Part shown: piece by piece, positions 45,803 through 55,714 of the stretch
Layout: each line of letters begins with the position of its first letter
Numbering within the stretch: the stretch's first letter is position 1
Notes under the pieces: generated by a model
What the model saw: only the letters and a program-made list of their open reading frames with translations
Database searches by the model: none
What the model was told of the DNA's origin: nothing
Position numbers and translations under genes: made by a program
From: an uncultured Pelagibacteraceae bacterium
GTDB lineage: Bacteria > Pseudomonadota > Alphaproteobacteria > Pelagibacterales > Pelagibacteraceae
NCBI GenBank assembly: GCA_902539165.1
Contig: CACBHY010000003.1
Coordinates: 70,657 to 134,656 of the forward strand
DNA: 64,000 bases
Direction of reading: 5' to 3'

Positions 45803-47245
45803 ATGTACAATAAGTTTGGTCAGTTTATTGACGGTAAGTGGCAACAATCATCTGATAAAGCTACTTATGAAGTTATTAATCCTGCTACTGAAGAAGTTTT
45901 GGGTCAAGCATCTAAAGCTACACCAGAAGATGTTGATAGAGCACTAAAGTCTGCACAAAAAGGATTGGAGGTATGGAAAAAAACTCCTCCTTGGGAAAGA
46001 TCTTACATCATTAGACGAATAGCTGATGTTATGAGAAAAAAACAAGATGTATTAGCTAAATGGATGACACTTGAAGTGGGAAAACCTTTTGCAGAAGCTA
46101 AAGGTGAAGTTAATGGTGCAGCAGATATTTTTGAATGGAACGCAGAAGAAACTAAAAGAATTTATGGTCAAACTGTAGAAAGTAGATTTGAAGATACAAG
46201 GGTGCATGTTTATTACCAACCAGTGGGAGTAGTTGCAGCATTAAGTCCCTGGAACTTCCCTGCTGTATTATCGGCTCGAAAAATTTCTACAGCTTTAGCC
46301 GCAGGATGTTCAGTTATAATTAAACCAGATGTAATTACACCAGGTGTTGTAATGGAAATGGTTGATATTTGCAGAGAATGTGGTGTGCCGCCAGGTGTGG
46401 TTAATCTTTTATCAGGCGATCCACCAAATATAGCTCAACAGTTAATAGCATCTGATATAGTTAAAAAAATTTCAATAACAGGTTCCTCAAGAGTTGGAAA
46501 ATTAATATTAAAACAGGCTGCTGACAAAGTTCAGAGAGTAACTATGGAACTTTCAGGTCATTCACCATTTATAGTTTTTGACGACGCAAATCTGAAAAAA
46601 GCTACAGATATGGCAATAGCTGCAAAATTTAGAAATAATGGACAAGTGTGTATATCTCCTAATAGATTTTATATTCATGAAAGTAAAAAAGATGAATTTA
46701 TAAGTTTATTTGTGGAAAAAACAAAAAAATTAAAGATTGGTGATGGTATGGATCCTAAAACTCAACTAGGTCCCTTAACAACAAAGAAAAGGCTAAATGA
46801 AGTAGAAGAATTAGTTGAAAAAACAAAACAAGAAGGAGCTGAAGTTTTGTTAGGTGGTAAAAGACCGTCTGGTTTTAATAAAGGATTTTTTTATGAACCA
46901 ACTATATTTGATAAAGTTAAAGATGATTTCACAATTATGAAAGAAGAACCATTTGGACCATTGGTACCAATGCTTTCATTTAAATCATTTGACGAAGTAA
47001 TTGAAAGAGCTAATAATCATGAACTCGGGTTATCAAGTTATGTTTGTACAAATTCGATGGAGAAAGCACATTTAGCATCAGAAAAATTACAAACTGGAAC
47101 TGTAGGTGTCAATACTGCATTGATTGCTATTGCAGAAGCTCCCTTTGGAGGAATCAAACAAAGTGGATATGGTAGAGAAGGTGGATCTATGGCTATTAAA
47201 GACTACCTAAATGTAAAATATACACACATGGGTCTCAAAATATAA
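45803..47245 (+). CDS. NAD(P)-dependent aldehyde dehydrogenase (GabD / semialdehyde DH-like)
   Basis: 480 aa with the ALDH blocks WNFP, TMELSGHSP, the catalytic NNGQVCISPNR and EEPFGP. Confidence 0.92.
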   Translation: MYNKFGQFIDGKWQQSSDKATYEVINPATEEVLGQASKATPEDVDRALKSAQKGLEVWKKTPPWERSYIIRRIADVMRKKQDVLAKWMTLEVGKPFAEAKGEVNGAADIFEWNAEETKRIYGQTVESRFEDTRVHVYYQPVGVVAALSPWNFPAVLSARKISTALAAGCSVIIKPDVITPGVVMEMVDICRECGVPPGVVNLLSGDPPNIAQQLIASDIVKKISITGSSRVGKLILKQAADKVQRVTMELSGHSPFIVFDDANLKKATDMAIAAKFRNNGQVCISPNRFYIHESKKDEFISLFVEKTKKLKIGDGMDPKTQLGPLTTKKRLNEVEELVEKTKQEGAEVLLGGKRPSGFNKGFFYEPTIFDKVKDDFTIMKEEPFGPLVPMLSFKSFDEVIERANNHELGLSSYVCTNSMEKAHLASEKLQTGTVGVNTALIAIAEAPFGGIKQSGYGREGGSMAIKDYLNVKYTHMGLKI

Positions 47246-47264
47246 ATTATTAAAATAAAAAAAT

Positions 47265-48413
47265 TTATTCAAATCTTGTCCATTTACTATTATTTTTAGA
47301 GGACTTCAAAACAGCTTCTATAAACTTCATTCCTTCAATACCGTCATTGATAGTTGGGTAACAGTTTTTTGAATTATCGTAATTTTGATTATTTATTTTT
47401 GCAAATAATTCTCTTGAAACATCACTATAAATATTTGCAAATCCTTCAAGATAACCTTCTGGATGTCCAGGTGGAATTCTTGTTATTTGATTGGCTTCAT
47501 CACTTGCACCGCTGCCACCTCGGGTAATCCTTTGAGTAGGATGTCCAAACTTTGTAAAATGAAGATAATTAGGATCTTCTTGCTTCCACTCTAATCCAGC
47601 CTTTTCACCATAAACTCTTATTTGAAGGCTATTTTCATTTCCAACTGCAACTTGACTAGACCATATTGCTCCTTTTGCATCTCCCTTAAATCTTAGCATA
47701 ATTTGTGCATTGTCATCCAATAACCTTCCTTTTACAAAAGTATGAATATCTGCAGATAGCTCATCTACTTCCAATCCACTTATAAATCTAATCAAATTAA
47801 ATGCGTGAGTTCCTATATCTCCTATACAACCTCCTCCTCCTGACCTATTTGGGTCTGTTCTCCATTCTGCTTGTTTTAAGCCACTATCTTCTAATTTTGT
47901 AGTAAGCCAATCTTGAGGATATTCTGCTTGAACTACTCTTATAGATCCAAGATCACCTTTTTGAATTAAAAATCTTGCGTGTCTTATCATTGGATATCCT
48001 GTGTAGTTGTGAGTAAGAGCAAAGATCAGTTTATTATTTTCTATAGTTTTTTTTAGCTCCACTGCTTCCTTACTGGTCAAGGCCAGAGGTTTATCGCAGA
48101 TAATATTTATGCCCTTGTCTGCAAAGATTTTTGCTACAGGTACATGAAGATGATTAGGTGTTACTATAGAGACCACATCTATACCATCTGAGCGACTTGC
48201 TTCTTTTTCTGCCATCTCTTTGTAGGTTTCATAAATACGATCTTGTGCTATGCCAATTTTTTCACCTGTTTCTTTTGAGTTCGCAAAATTTGAAGAAAAA
48301 GATCCTGCTACTAATTCATAATGACCATCAAGTCTTAAAGCTATTCTGTGTACTCCTCCTATAAAAGCATCTTTTCCACCACCAACCATTCCTATGCGGA
48401 TTTTTCTATTCAC
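47265..48413 (-). CDS. Gfo/Idh/MocA-family NAD(P)-dependent oxidoreductase
   Basis: 382 aa with the N-terminal Rossmann RIGMVGGG and the CDKP motif typical of the family. Confidence 0.9.
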   Translation of the reverse strand: MNRKIRIGMVGGGKDAFIGGVHRIALRLDGHYELVAGSFSSNFANSKETGEKIGIAQDRIYETYKEMAEKEASRSDGIDVVSIVTPNHLHVPVAKIFADKGINIICDKPLALTSKEAVELKKTIENNKLIFALTHNYTGYPMIRHARFLIQKGDLGSIRVVQAEYPQDWLTTKLEDSGLKQAEWRTDPNRSGGGGCIGDIGTHAFNLIRFISGLEVDELSADIHTFVKGRLLDDNAQIMLRFKGDAKGAIWSSQVAVGNENSLQIRVYGEKAGLEWKQEDPNYLHFTKFGHPTQRITRGGSGASDEANQITRIPPGHPEGYLEGFANIYSDVSRELFAKINNQNYDNSKNCYPTINDGIEGMKFIEAVLKSSKNNSKWTRFE

Positions 48414-48416
48414 TTA

Positions 48417-49469
48417 TTAGATACCCAACATTTTTTTATTACCTTCAATATTAGAACCTCCACCTGCGAAATCATCAAATGCTTTTTCAGTAGTATTGAT
48501 AATATGATTTTTAATAAACTCAGCACCTTCTCTTGCTCCATCTTCTGGATGTTTAAGACAACATTCCCATTCAAGAACTGCCCAACCATCATAACCATAT
48601 GAAGTCAATTTTGAGAAAATTGATTTAAAATCTACCTGTCCATCACCTAGAGATCTAAATCTACCTGCTCTATTTATCCAAGACTGAAAACCACCGTATA
48701 CACCTTGTTTTCCTGTTGGGTTAAGTTCGGCATCTTTAACATGAAACATTCTTATCTTTTCGTGGTAAATGTCTATGTGTGAAAGATAGTCTAAATGTTG
48801 CAGAACATAATGACTTGGATCGTAAAGCATATTACATCTTTTATGATTGGCTACTCTCTCTAAAAACATTTCGAAAGTAATACCATCATGAAGATCTTCT
48901 CCTGGATGTATCTCGTAACATAGATCAACTCCATTATCATCAAAACGATCTAGAATTGGTTTCCATCTTTTTGCTAATTCGTCAAACGCATTTTCAATTA
49001 ATCCTTCTGGTCTTTGAGGCCAAGGATAAACATAAGGCCATGCAAGAGCTCCTGAAAAAGTTACATGTCTGTTAATACCCAAATTATTAGAAGCTTTAGC
49101 AGCCATCATTAATTGGTTTACAGCCCATTCCTGTCTTGCTTTTGGATTTCCTCTTACTTCTGGTACAGTAAAACCATCAAATGCAGTATCATATGCTGGA
49201 TGAACTGCAACTAATTGACCTTGAAGATGAGTTGATAGCTCAGTTATCTCAAGTTTATGTTTTTTTGTAATCCCTTTGATTTCGTCACAATAGTCTTTAC
49301 TCTCTGAAGCTTTTTTAAGATCAATTAACCTACCGTCCCAACTTGGAATTTGTACACCTTTATATCCTAAAGATGATGCCCATTTACAAATACTATCTAA
49401 AGAATTAAACGGTTCATCTTCACCTACAAATTGTGCCAAGAAGATTGCAGGACCTTTAATATTCTTCAT
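48417..49469 (-). CDS. Xylose-isomerase-like TIM-barrel protein (sugar phosphate isomerase/epimerase family)
   Basis: 350 aa with an AP-endonuclease-2/xylose-isomerase-like barrel pattern (YEIHPGE, FHVKD, LEWE). Confidence 0.85.
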   Translation of the reverse strand: MKNIKGPAIFLAQFVGEDEPFNSLDSICKWASSLGYKGVQIPSWDGRLIDLKKASESKDYCDEIKGITKKHKLEITELSTHLQGQLVAVHPAYDTAFDGFTVPEVRGNPKARQEWAVNQLMMAAKASNNLGINRHVTFSGALAWPYVYPWPQRPEGLIENAFDELAKRWKPILDRFDDNGVDLCYEIHPGEDLHDGITFEMFLERVANHKRCNMLYDPSHYVLQHLDYLSHIDIYHEKIRMFHVKDAELNPTGKQGVYGGFQSWINRAGRFRSLGDGQVDFKSIFSKLTSYGYDGWAVLEWECCLKHPEDGAREGAEFIKNHIINTTEKAFDDFAGGGSNIEGNKKMLGI

Positions 49470-49586
49470 AATTCTCCTTCCTCTTTAAATATTTCAACAA
49501 TTTATTTTTTTATAAAAAAATACTAGCAGGCACATCGCTTCTTGGATAGACTATTCTTAAAGATAAATAACTTAAGAGGAGATATA

Positions 49587-50891
49587 ATGAAAAAAATAAT
49601 GATATTGTTGTTTGTTTCTCTGTTTTCTTTTTCAGTAAATTCAAATGCAAAGTCTATCACTTTAGGTTGGGCCGCATGGGACCCTGCTAATGCTTTGCAA
49701 GAATTAACTAAAGAATTTACAGCAGAAACAGGAATAAATGTAAACTTTGAATTTGTGCCATGGCCAAATTTTGCTGATCGTATGTTAAATGAGCTTAACA
49801 ACAAAGGTAAAACATTTGACCTATTAATTGGTGACTCACAATGGATTGGTGCTGGAGCTGTATATGGGCATTATGTTAAATTGAATGATTTCTTTGATAA
49901 AGAAGGAATTTCAATGGACGATTTCTCACCAGCAACAGTTTATGCTTATTCAACGTGGCCTAAAGGTAGTGAAAACTATTATGCATTACCAGCTATGGGA
50001 GACGCTTTAGCTTGGGCTTATAGAAAAGACTGGTTTGATAGACCAGAACTAAAATCTGAGTTTAAGAAAAAACACGGATATGATTTAGGCGTTCCTGCAA
50101 ATTGGAATCAGTTACATGACATGTGTTCTTTCTTCCAAGGTAGAGAAATTGATGGTCAAAAAAGATACGGTGCTGCGATTAACACAGAGCGTGGATCTGA
50201 AGGGATTACTATGGGTGTTACCGCTGCAATGTATGCATGGGGTATGGAATATGAAAATCCTAACAAACCCTATGATATGGAAGGATATTTCAATTCTCCA
50301 CAAGCGGTAGAAGCAGTCGAATTTTATAGAAAGTTATATGAAGACTGTGCACCTCCAGGACACTCTGATGCTTACATGGTTGCAAATCTTGATGCTTATA
50401 AATCAGGACAAGTAGCTTTCCAAATGAACTGGTATGCTTTCTGGCCTGGTGTTTCTAAAGAAGACAGTAACGGAAGAGTATCTGGTTTCTTTGCTAACCC
50501 AAGTCAAAATGTAAGTGCAGCTACTTTAGGTGGGCAAGGTATATCTGTAGTTAAATATTCAGATAAACAAGACCTTGCTCTTGAGTATATTAAGTGGTTT
50601 GCAAGACCTGATGTACAGCAAAAGTGGTGGGATTTAGGTGGTTATTCATGTCACCTTGATGTTCTTAACTCACCATCATTTCCAACATCTACTGTTTACG
50701 CACAAGGTTTCTTAGACTCAATGGGAATTGTCAAAGATTTTTGGCAAGAACCTACTTTTGTGGAACTGATGCTTCCTATGCAAGAAGCGATTCATGACTA
50801 TGTTGTTAATGGAAAAGGAACTGCAAAAGGTGCTCTAGATAAAATTATCGAAGAGTGGGTTGAAGTATTCGAAGCAGACGGAAAACTTTAA
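49587..50891 (+). CDS. ABC transporter substrate-binding protein (family 1, polyol/sugar type)
   Basis: About 434 aa from ATG 49587, with the AGAGGA ribosome-binding site at 49575-49580 and the signal peptide MKKIMILLFVSLFSFSVNSNA. The track's 49542 start is an upstream extension. Confidence 0.9.
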   Translation: MKKIMILLFVSLFSFSVNSNAKSITLGWAAWDPANALQELTKEFTAETGINVNFEFVPWPNFADRMLNELNNKGKTFDLLIGDSQWIGAGAVYGHYVKLNDFFDKEGISMDDFSPATVYAYSTWPKGSENYYALPAMGDALAWAYRKDWFDRPELKSEFKKKHGYDLGVPANWNQLHDMCSFFQGREIDGQKRYGAAINTERGSEGITMGVTAAMYAWGMEYENPNKPYDMEGYFNSPQAVEAVEFYRKLYEDCAPPGHSDAYMVANLDAYKSGQVAFQMNWYAFWPGVSKEDSNGRVSGFFANPSQNVSAATLGGQGISVVKYSDKQDLALEYIKWFARPDVQQKWWDLGGYSCHLDVLNSPSFPTSTVYAQGFLDSMGIVKDFWQEPTFVELMLPMQEAIHDYVVNGKGTAKGALDKIIEEWVEVFEADGKL

Positions 50892-50919
50892 CATTAATAC
50901 TTTAAGAAATTAAAAAATT

Positions 50920-50947
50920 AGGGGGGGTACCACCTCCCCTTTTTTTA
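50920..50947 (+). terminator. Intra-operon rho-independent terminator/attenuator after the SBP gene
   Basis: AGGGGGGGT-ACC-ACCTCCCCT forms a 9-bp stem with one G-T pair, followed by a T-run. The permease ATG lies 14 nt further on. Confidence 0.8.
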
Positions 50948-50960
50948 TTAACAAATTCAT

Positions 50961-51860
50961 ATGAGTGAAAAAAAAAAATTCAAGGGACTTTCTGATAAAG
51001 CTGTAGGTTGGCTATTTATTGGACCAACTGTACTTCTTCTACTTGCTATAAATATTTATCCATTAGTCTATGCAATTAAGATGTCATTCACTAATTTTTA
51101 TGCAAATAAAATTGGAAGAGTTCCAGAGTTTGTTGGATTAAAAAATTATATTAAAATTCTTAATAAAGAAGCTATATGGGAAAAAATGCAAGTTACTGCG
51201 AGCTTTATGTTTTGGACTTTATTGCTTCAAGCAATAATAGGTCTAGGATTAGCTTTATTACTAAACAGAAAATTTAAAGGCAATGAGTTATTAACCACAT
51301 TAATTGTTTTACCAATGATGTTATCACCTGCAGTAGTGGGAGTTTTTTGGACTTATCTATATAATCCTCAAGTAGGTTTGTTTAATTATGTGGTTAATTT
51401 TTTCTATGATTTTGGAAGCTTTGATATGATTGGTTCAAGCATACTTGCGCCATGGTCAATTGTTATTGTTGATACTTGGATGTGGACTCCTTTTACAATG
51501 TTAATTTGTCTAGCTGGTCTAAGATCTGTTCCAAATTATTTGTATGAAGCAGCAGAGGTTGATAGAGCAAGTAAATGGCAGCAATTTATATACATTACTC
51601 TACCTTCGGTTTTGCCTTTTTTGTTATTAGCTCTTCTATTTAGGGGTATTGAAAATTTTAAAATGTTTGACATGGTCGTTGAACTTACATCAGGGGGACC
51701 TGGCTCCGCTACAGAGCTTGCTTCAATTAATTTGAAAAGAGAGGCCTTTGAAAAATGGAAGACCGGTTATAGTTCAGCATTTGCCGTCATTCTGTTTGTA
51801 ACAATCTTTGGTTTTGGCAATGTTTATGTAAAAGTGATGAATAAGATAAAGGAACGCTAA
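50961..51860 (+). CDS. ABC transporter permease
   Basis: 299 aa with 6 TM spans and the EAA loop (EAAEVDRASKWQQFIYITLP). Confidence 0.9.
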   Translation: MSEKKKFKGLSDKAVGWLFIGPTVLLLLAINIYPLVYAIKMSFTNFYANKIGRVPEFVGLKNYIKILNKEAIWEKMQVTASFMFWTLLLQAIIGLGLALLLNRKFKGNELLTTLIVLPMMLSPAVVGVFWTYLYNPQVGLFNYVVNFFYDFGSFDMIGSSILAPWSIVIVDTWMWTPFTMLICLAGLRSVPNYLYEAAEVDRASKWQQFIYITLPSVLPFLLLALLFRGIENFKMFDMVVELTSGGPGSATELASINLKREAFEKWKTGYSSAFAVILFVTIFGFGNVYVKVMNKIKER

Positions 51861-52804
51861 TGGATACCTCTAGATCATATTTAGAACCTTCATCTTTTTC
51901 AAAAAAAATTGCTGCTACAATTATAATTGTTTACACAGTTATTACTTTAATACCCATATCTTGGATGGTGATGACTAGTTTTAAAAATGTAAATAGTGCT
52001 ATTTCATATCCCCCTGAAGTTTTATTTGAGCCGTCTTTAGAAGGATATGTTAACTTACTTACTAATAGATCAAGACAATCACCAGAATATCTTGATTCAC
52101 TACCCCCACCTGAAAATTGGTACGAAGAATTAGTTAGAAGTAGAGAAATGGTTATAACAGGACCCTCAAAATTTTTGGGTAGGTATTCAAACTCAATGAT
52201 AATTGGATTTGGTTCGACATTCGCATCTGTATTTCTTGGTGCATTAGCTGCATATGCGTTCTCGAGATTTAGAGTTCCATTAAAGGATGATTTATTATTT
52301 TTTATTCTTTCTACTAGAATGTTTCCGCCCATAGCAGTGGCTGTTCCTATATTTATCATGTACAGAAAATTAGGGCTAGGGGATACTCATCTTGGAATGA
52401 TCATATTATATACTGTTGTAAATTTAAGTTTAGCAGTTTGGTTGTTGAAAGGATTTATGGATGAAATACCTAAAGAATACGAAGAAGCAGCTATGATTGA
52501 TGGATATTCTAGACTTCAGGCTTTTTTTAAAGTTGTTCTGCCACAAGCAATGACTGGTATAGCTGCGACTGCAATATTTTGTATGATTTTTTCATGGAAC
52601 GAATATGCTTTTGCTGTTTTACTGACTCAATTCAATGCACAAACTGCTCCACCATTTATACCTACAATCATTGGTGAAGGAGGTCTTGATTGGCCAGCAA
52701 TTGGTGCAGGCACGACTTTATTTTTATTGCCAGTAATGATTTTCACAATAATTTTAAGAAAACATCTTTTAAGAGGTATTACTTTTGGAGCGGTAAGGAA
52801 ATAA
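51860..52804 (+). CDS. ABC transporter permease
   Basis: 314 aa with the EAA loop (EAAMIDGYSRLQAFFKVVLP). Its start overlaps the preceding stop. Confidence 0.9.
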   Translation: MDTSRSYLEPSSFSKKIAATIIIVYTVITLIPISWMVMTSFKNVNSAISYPPEVLFEPSLEGYVNLLTNRSRQSPEYLDSLPPPENWYEELVRSREMVITGPSKFLGRYSNSMIIGFGSTFASVFLGALAAYAFSRFRVPLKDDLLFFILSTRMFPPIAVAVPIFIMYRKLGLGDTHLGMIILYTVVNLSLAVWLLKGFMDEIPKEYEEAAMIDGYSRLQAFFKVVLPQAMTGIAATAIFCMIFSWNEYAFAVLLTQFNAQTAPPFIPTIIGEGGLDWPAIGAGTTLFLLPVMIFTIILRKHLLRGITFGAVRK

Positions 52805-52995
52805 TGCAAGAAGAAAAGTCATTAATGAGAAAAATATTTCGGAGAGTTTATTGGGAAAATTTATCTACGATATTAATTTTAATTGGAGTTTTCATGTTAC
52901 TGCAACCTTTTGCAATGTGGATGTTTACTTATTCATTTATCGTAATATTAGTCGGAACTATTGGTTTCATAATCACAAGTCACTTTCCAGATTAG
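52804..52995 (+). CDS. 63-aa two-TM micro membrane protein embedded in the ABC operon (GlpU/DUF2160-like position)
   Basis: The ATG overlaps the permease TAA (TAATG), and the stop lies 1 nt before the ATPase ATG. The translation is MQEEKSLMRKIFRRVYWENLSTILILIGVFMLLQPFAMWMFTYSFIVILVGTIGFIITSHFPD. Confidence 0.55.
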   Translation: MQEEKSLMRKIFRRVYWENLSTILILIGVFMLLQPFAMWMFTYSFIVILVGTIGFIITSHFPD

Positions 52996-52996
52996 C

Positions 52997-54079
52997 ATGT
53001 CACAAATTAAAATAGTTAATTTACAAAAATCTTTTGGTGATTTCACTGCTGTAAAAAATTCCAACTTAACAATTTATGATAAAGAATTTTTTGTTTTGCT
53101 TGGACCATCTGGTTGCGGTAAAACTACAACATTAAGAATGATTGCTGGGTTAGAATTACCAACATCTGGAGAAATATTTTTAGGAAAAGAAGAAGTTGGA
53201 ATGCTGAGAGCTTCAGAAAGAGATATAGCCTTTGTTTTTCAGCTATTCGCTCTTTATCCACATATGAATGTTAGAAATAATTTATCTTTTCCTCTTAAAA
53301 TGCAGGGATATAAAAAAAATGATATCAAAACTCGAGTTGAAGAAGCTGCTAAACTTTTACGAATTGATCATCTACTAAACTCGAATATTTCATCATTATC
53401 TGGTGGGGATAGACAAAGAGTGGCCTTAGGTAGGGCTTTAGTTAGAAGACCAAAAGCTTTTTTAATGGATGAACCGCTAGGTACTTTGGACGCTGAATTT
53501 AGAGAGTTGATGTGCCTAGAATTAAAGAAACTTCACATAGATATTGGTGCCACTACAGTATATGTCACTCATGATCAATTAGAGGCTATGTCTTTAGCAG
53601 ATCGTATTGCGGTGATGGATGGAGGGCAAATTTTACAAGCTGATGAACCTAACATTATATATAATAAACCTAAAACCAAATTTGTAGCATCTTTTATAGG
53701 ATCTCCTGGGATGAATTTTATTGATGTTAATGAAGGAATATCTCAGGAACAATCATCTATTAGTATCGAAGATACAAATTTCAATATTCCTAAACAATTT
53801 GAAACCTCGAAGAGTAATAAAAATTTTTTTGGAATACGTCCAGAAAATCTCTCCTTAACTAACGAGGGAGGCCTCAAAGGTTCTGTTTTCGGTGTGGAGT
53901 ATTTGGGCTCTAGAAAAATAATTACTATTAAAACAAAAATTGGTGAGATTAAAGTTAAAACAGATATTTCAATTAATATTAAGTTAAATGAAAATGTTCA
54001 AATCAAACCATCAAATGACAATATAATTATTTTTGATGGTGAAACAGATAAATCTTTAAAAAGTGAGTTTATGAAATAA
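52997..54079 (+). CDS. ABC transporter ATP-binding protein 1 (MalK/UgpC type)
   Basis: 360 aa with GPSGCGKTT, LSGGDRQRVALGRAL and FLMDEPLGTLDA. Confidence 0.95.
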   Translation: MSQIKIVNLQKSFGDFTAVKNSNLTIYDKEFFVLLGPSGCGKTTTLRMIAGLELPTSGEIFLGKEEVGMLRASERDIAFVFQLFALYPHMNVRNNLSFPLKMQGYKKNDIKTRVEEAAKLLRIDHLLNSNISSLSGGDRQRVALGRALVRRPKAFLMDEPLGTLDAEFRELMCLELKKLHIDIGATTVYVTHDQLEAMSLADRIAVMDGGQILQADEPNIIYNKPKTKFVASFIGSPGMNFIDVNEGISQEQSSISIEDTNFNIPKQFETSKSNKNFFGIRPENLSLTNEGGLKGSVFGVEYLGSRKIITIKTKIGEIKVKTDISINIKLNENVQIKPSNDNIIIFDGETDKSLKSEFMK

Positions 54080-55089
54080 TGGCAAAAGTAGAATTAAAAA
54101 ATTTATTTAAAACTTACGACAAAAAAATATTAGCTTTGGAAGATATAAATCTTACAATTGAGGATGGTCAATTTTTTGTTTTACTCGGTCCTTCAGGTGC
54201 AGGAAAAACTACAACATTAAGATGCATAGCAGGTTTGGAAAAAATAGATTCTGGAAGTGTTTTATTTGACAACGAGCCTGTAACTGATGACCAGCCAGCC
54301 TCAAGAGATGTGTCTTTTGTATTTCAGCAATTTTCTTTATATCCTCATTACACTGTTTATGAAAATTTAGCTTTTCCACTAAGGTCTCCTATGAGAAAAT
54401 TACCTGAGGAAGAAATTTACAAGAAAATTGAAAATATATCTAAAATGCTAAAAATTTCTAATAAATTAAAAAATAAAGCAACTGAATTATCTGGTGGTGA
54501 AATGCAAAGAGTTGCAATTGGTCGAGCTCTCGTTCGCAGACCAAACTTATACTTAATGGATGAACCTCTTTCTTCTTTAGATGCAAAATTGAGAGAAAGC
54601 CTTAGAGTTGAATTAAAAAATATACAAACAAATTTAAACGCAACTATTCTTTATGTTACTCATGACCAGGCTGAAGCAACTACCCTAGCAGATAAAATTG
54701 GGGTTCTTAAAGAGGGAAAAATAGTTCAAATAGGAACACCGGAAGAAATATATGAAAATCCAAATTCAATTTATGTTTCTCAAAGGCTAGGTTCGCCAAA
54801 GATTAATGTTTTACCTAGTTCTTTATTCAAAATAAACGATAACATTCCAACTATTGGAATTAGACCTGAGAATATTTTATTAGGGACCGGTAAGTATTCT
54901 GGAAAAGTTATTTCAATTGAAAACCTAGGTTCTGAAACAGTTGTAGCTATTAATTTTGAGGGGCACGAGGTGCTCTCCTCAATTCAAGGTGCTTACAAAT
55001 CATCAATTAATGAAACAATAAATTTTGACATTAATATGAATAAAGTTTTAACATTCAATAAAGAAGGAGATAGAATTAATGAGCGTTAA
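54079..55089 (+). CDS. ABC transporter ATP-binding protein 2 (MalK/UgpC type)
   Basis: 336 aa with GPSGAGKTT, LSGGEMQRVAIGRAL and YLMDEPLSSLDA. It is a second, distinct ATPase in the same operon. Confidence 0.95.
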   Translation: MAKVELKNLFKTYDKKILALEDINLTIEDGQFFVLLGPSGAGKTTTLRCIAGLEKIDSGSVLFDNEPVTDDQPASRDVSFVFQQFSLYPHYTVYENLAFPLRSPMRKLPEEEIYKKIENISKMLKISNKLKNKATELSGGEMQRVAIGRALVRRPNLYLMDEPLSSLDAKLRESLRVELKNIQTNLNATILYVTHDQAEATTLADKIGVLKEGKIVQIGTPEEIYENPNSIYVSQRLGSPKINVLPSSLFKINDNIPTIGIRPENILLGTGKYSGKVISIENLGSETVVAINFEGHEVLSSIQGAYKSSINETINFDINMNKVLTFNKEGDRINER

Positions 55090-55705
55090 CTTTTTAATTT
55101 CTCAAGCAAAAAATATTCAAATTGTAATTGACGAAAATGCATCCGAAATCGAGGTGCTAGATCAAAATATTGGGGATGGTGATCATATATTTAATATACA
55201 AAGAGGGCTTAAATTAGTAGTTGAACTTGAAGATACAATTAAAGATATGCCTATAGATAAAGCATTAAACATGATTGCAATGAAAGTTTTATCAGGTATT
55301 GGTGGTTCATCAGGGGCTCTGTTTGGAACCTTTTTCATGTCTATGGCAAAAACGCCTAATCTAGATAAAAATATTAATTTTAACAAAGCATGTGAGATGA
55401 TTATTAATGGTATTCAAGCCATGAAAGATAGAGGTAAGGCTGGGGTAGGTGAAAAAACAATGATGGATGTGTTAATTCCGGTATCTGACAAGCTAAAAGA
55501 TATAAAGGATAATAATGAAATAGAGCAAGGATTAAATGATATAATTAAAATTGCTAAAGATAGAATGTTAGCAACAAAAGATATGATATGCACAAAAGGT
55601 AGAGCATCATTTTTAGGTGAAAGAGCTAAAGGACATATTGATCCAGGGGCGCGCTCATCACAACTTATTATCGAAACAATTTGTAAATCAGTTATCAATC
55701 AATAG
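55079..55705 (+). CDS. dhaL: Dihydroxyacetone kinase family, ADP/ATP-binding subunit DhaL
   Basis: 208 aa with LDQNIGDGDH (the DhaL Asp cluster) and GSSGALFG. It overlaps the ATPase gene by 11 nt. Confidence 0.88.
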   Translation: MSVNFLISQAKNIQIVIDENASEIEVLDQNIGDGDHIFNIQRGLKLVVELEDTIKDMPIDKALNMIAMKVLSGIGGSSGALFGTFFMSMAKTPNLDKNINFNKACEMIINGIQAMKDRGKAGVGEKTMMDVLIPVSDKLKDIKDNNEIEQGLNDIIKIAKDRMLATKDMICTKGRASFLGERAKGHIDPGARSSQLIIETICKSVINQ

Positions 55706-55714
55706 GAGGAAACA

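Noticed and set aside
50968-50978. An A11 homopolymer in codons 3-6 of the first permease gene, and similar A/T runs elsewhere such as T11 in recX near 5447. These were considered as phase-variation switches.
   Set aside because: Long A/T runs are pervasive in this AT-rich sequence and encode the expected Lys/Phe residues. There is no evidence of frameshifted alleles within the window.
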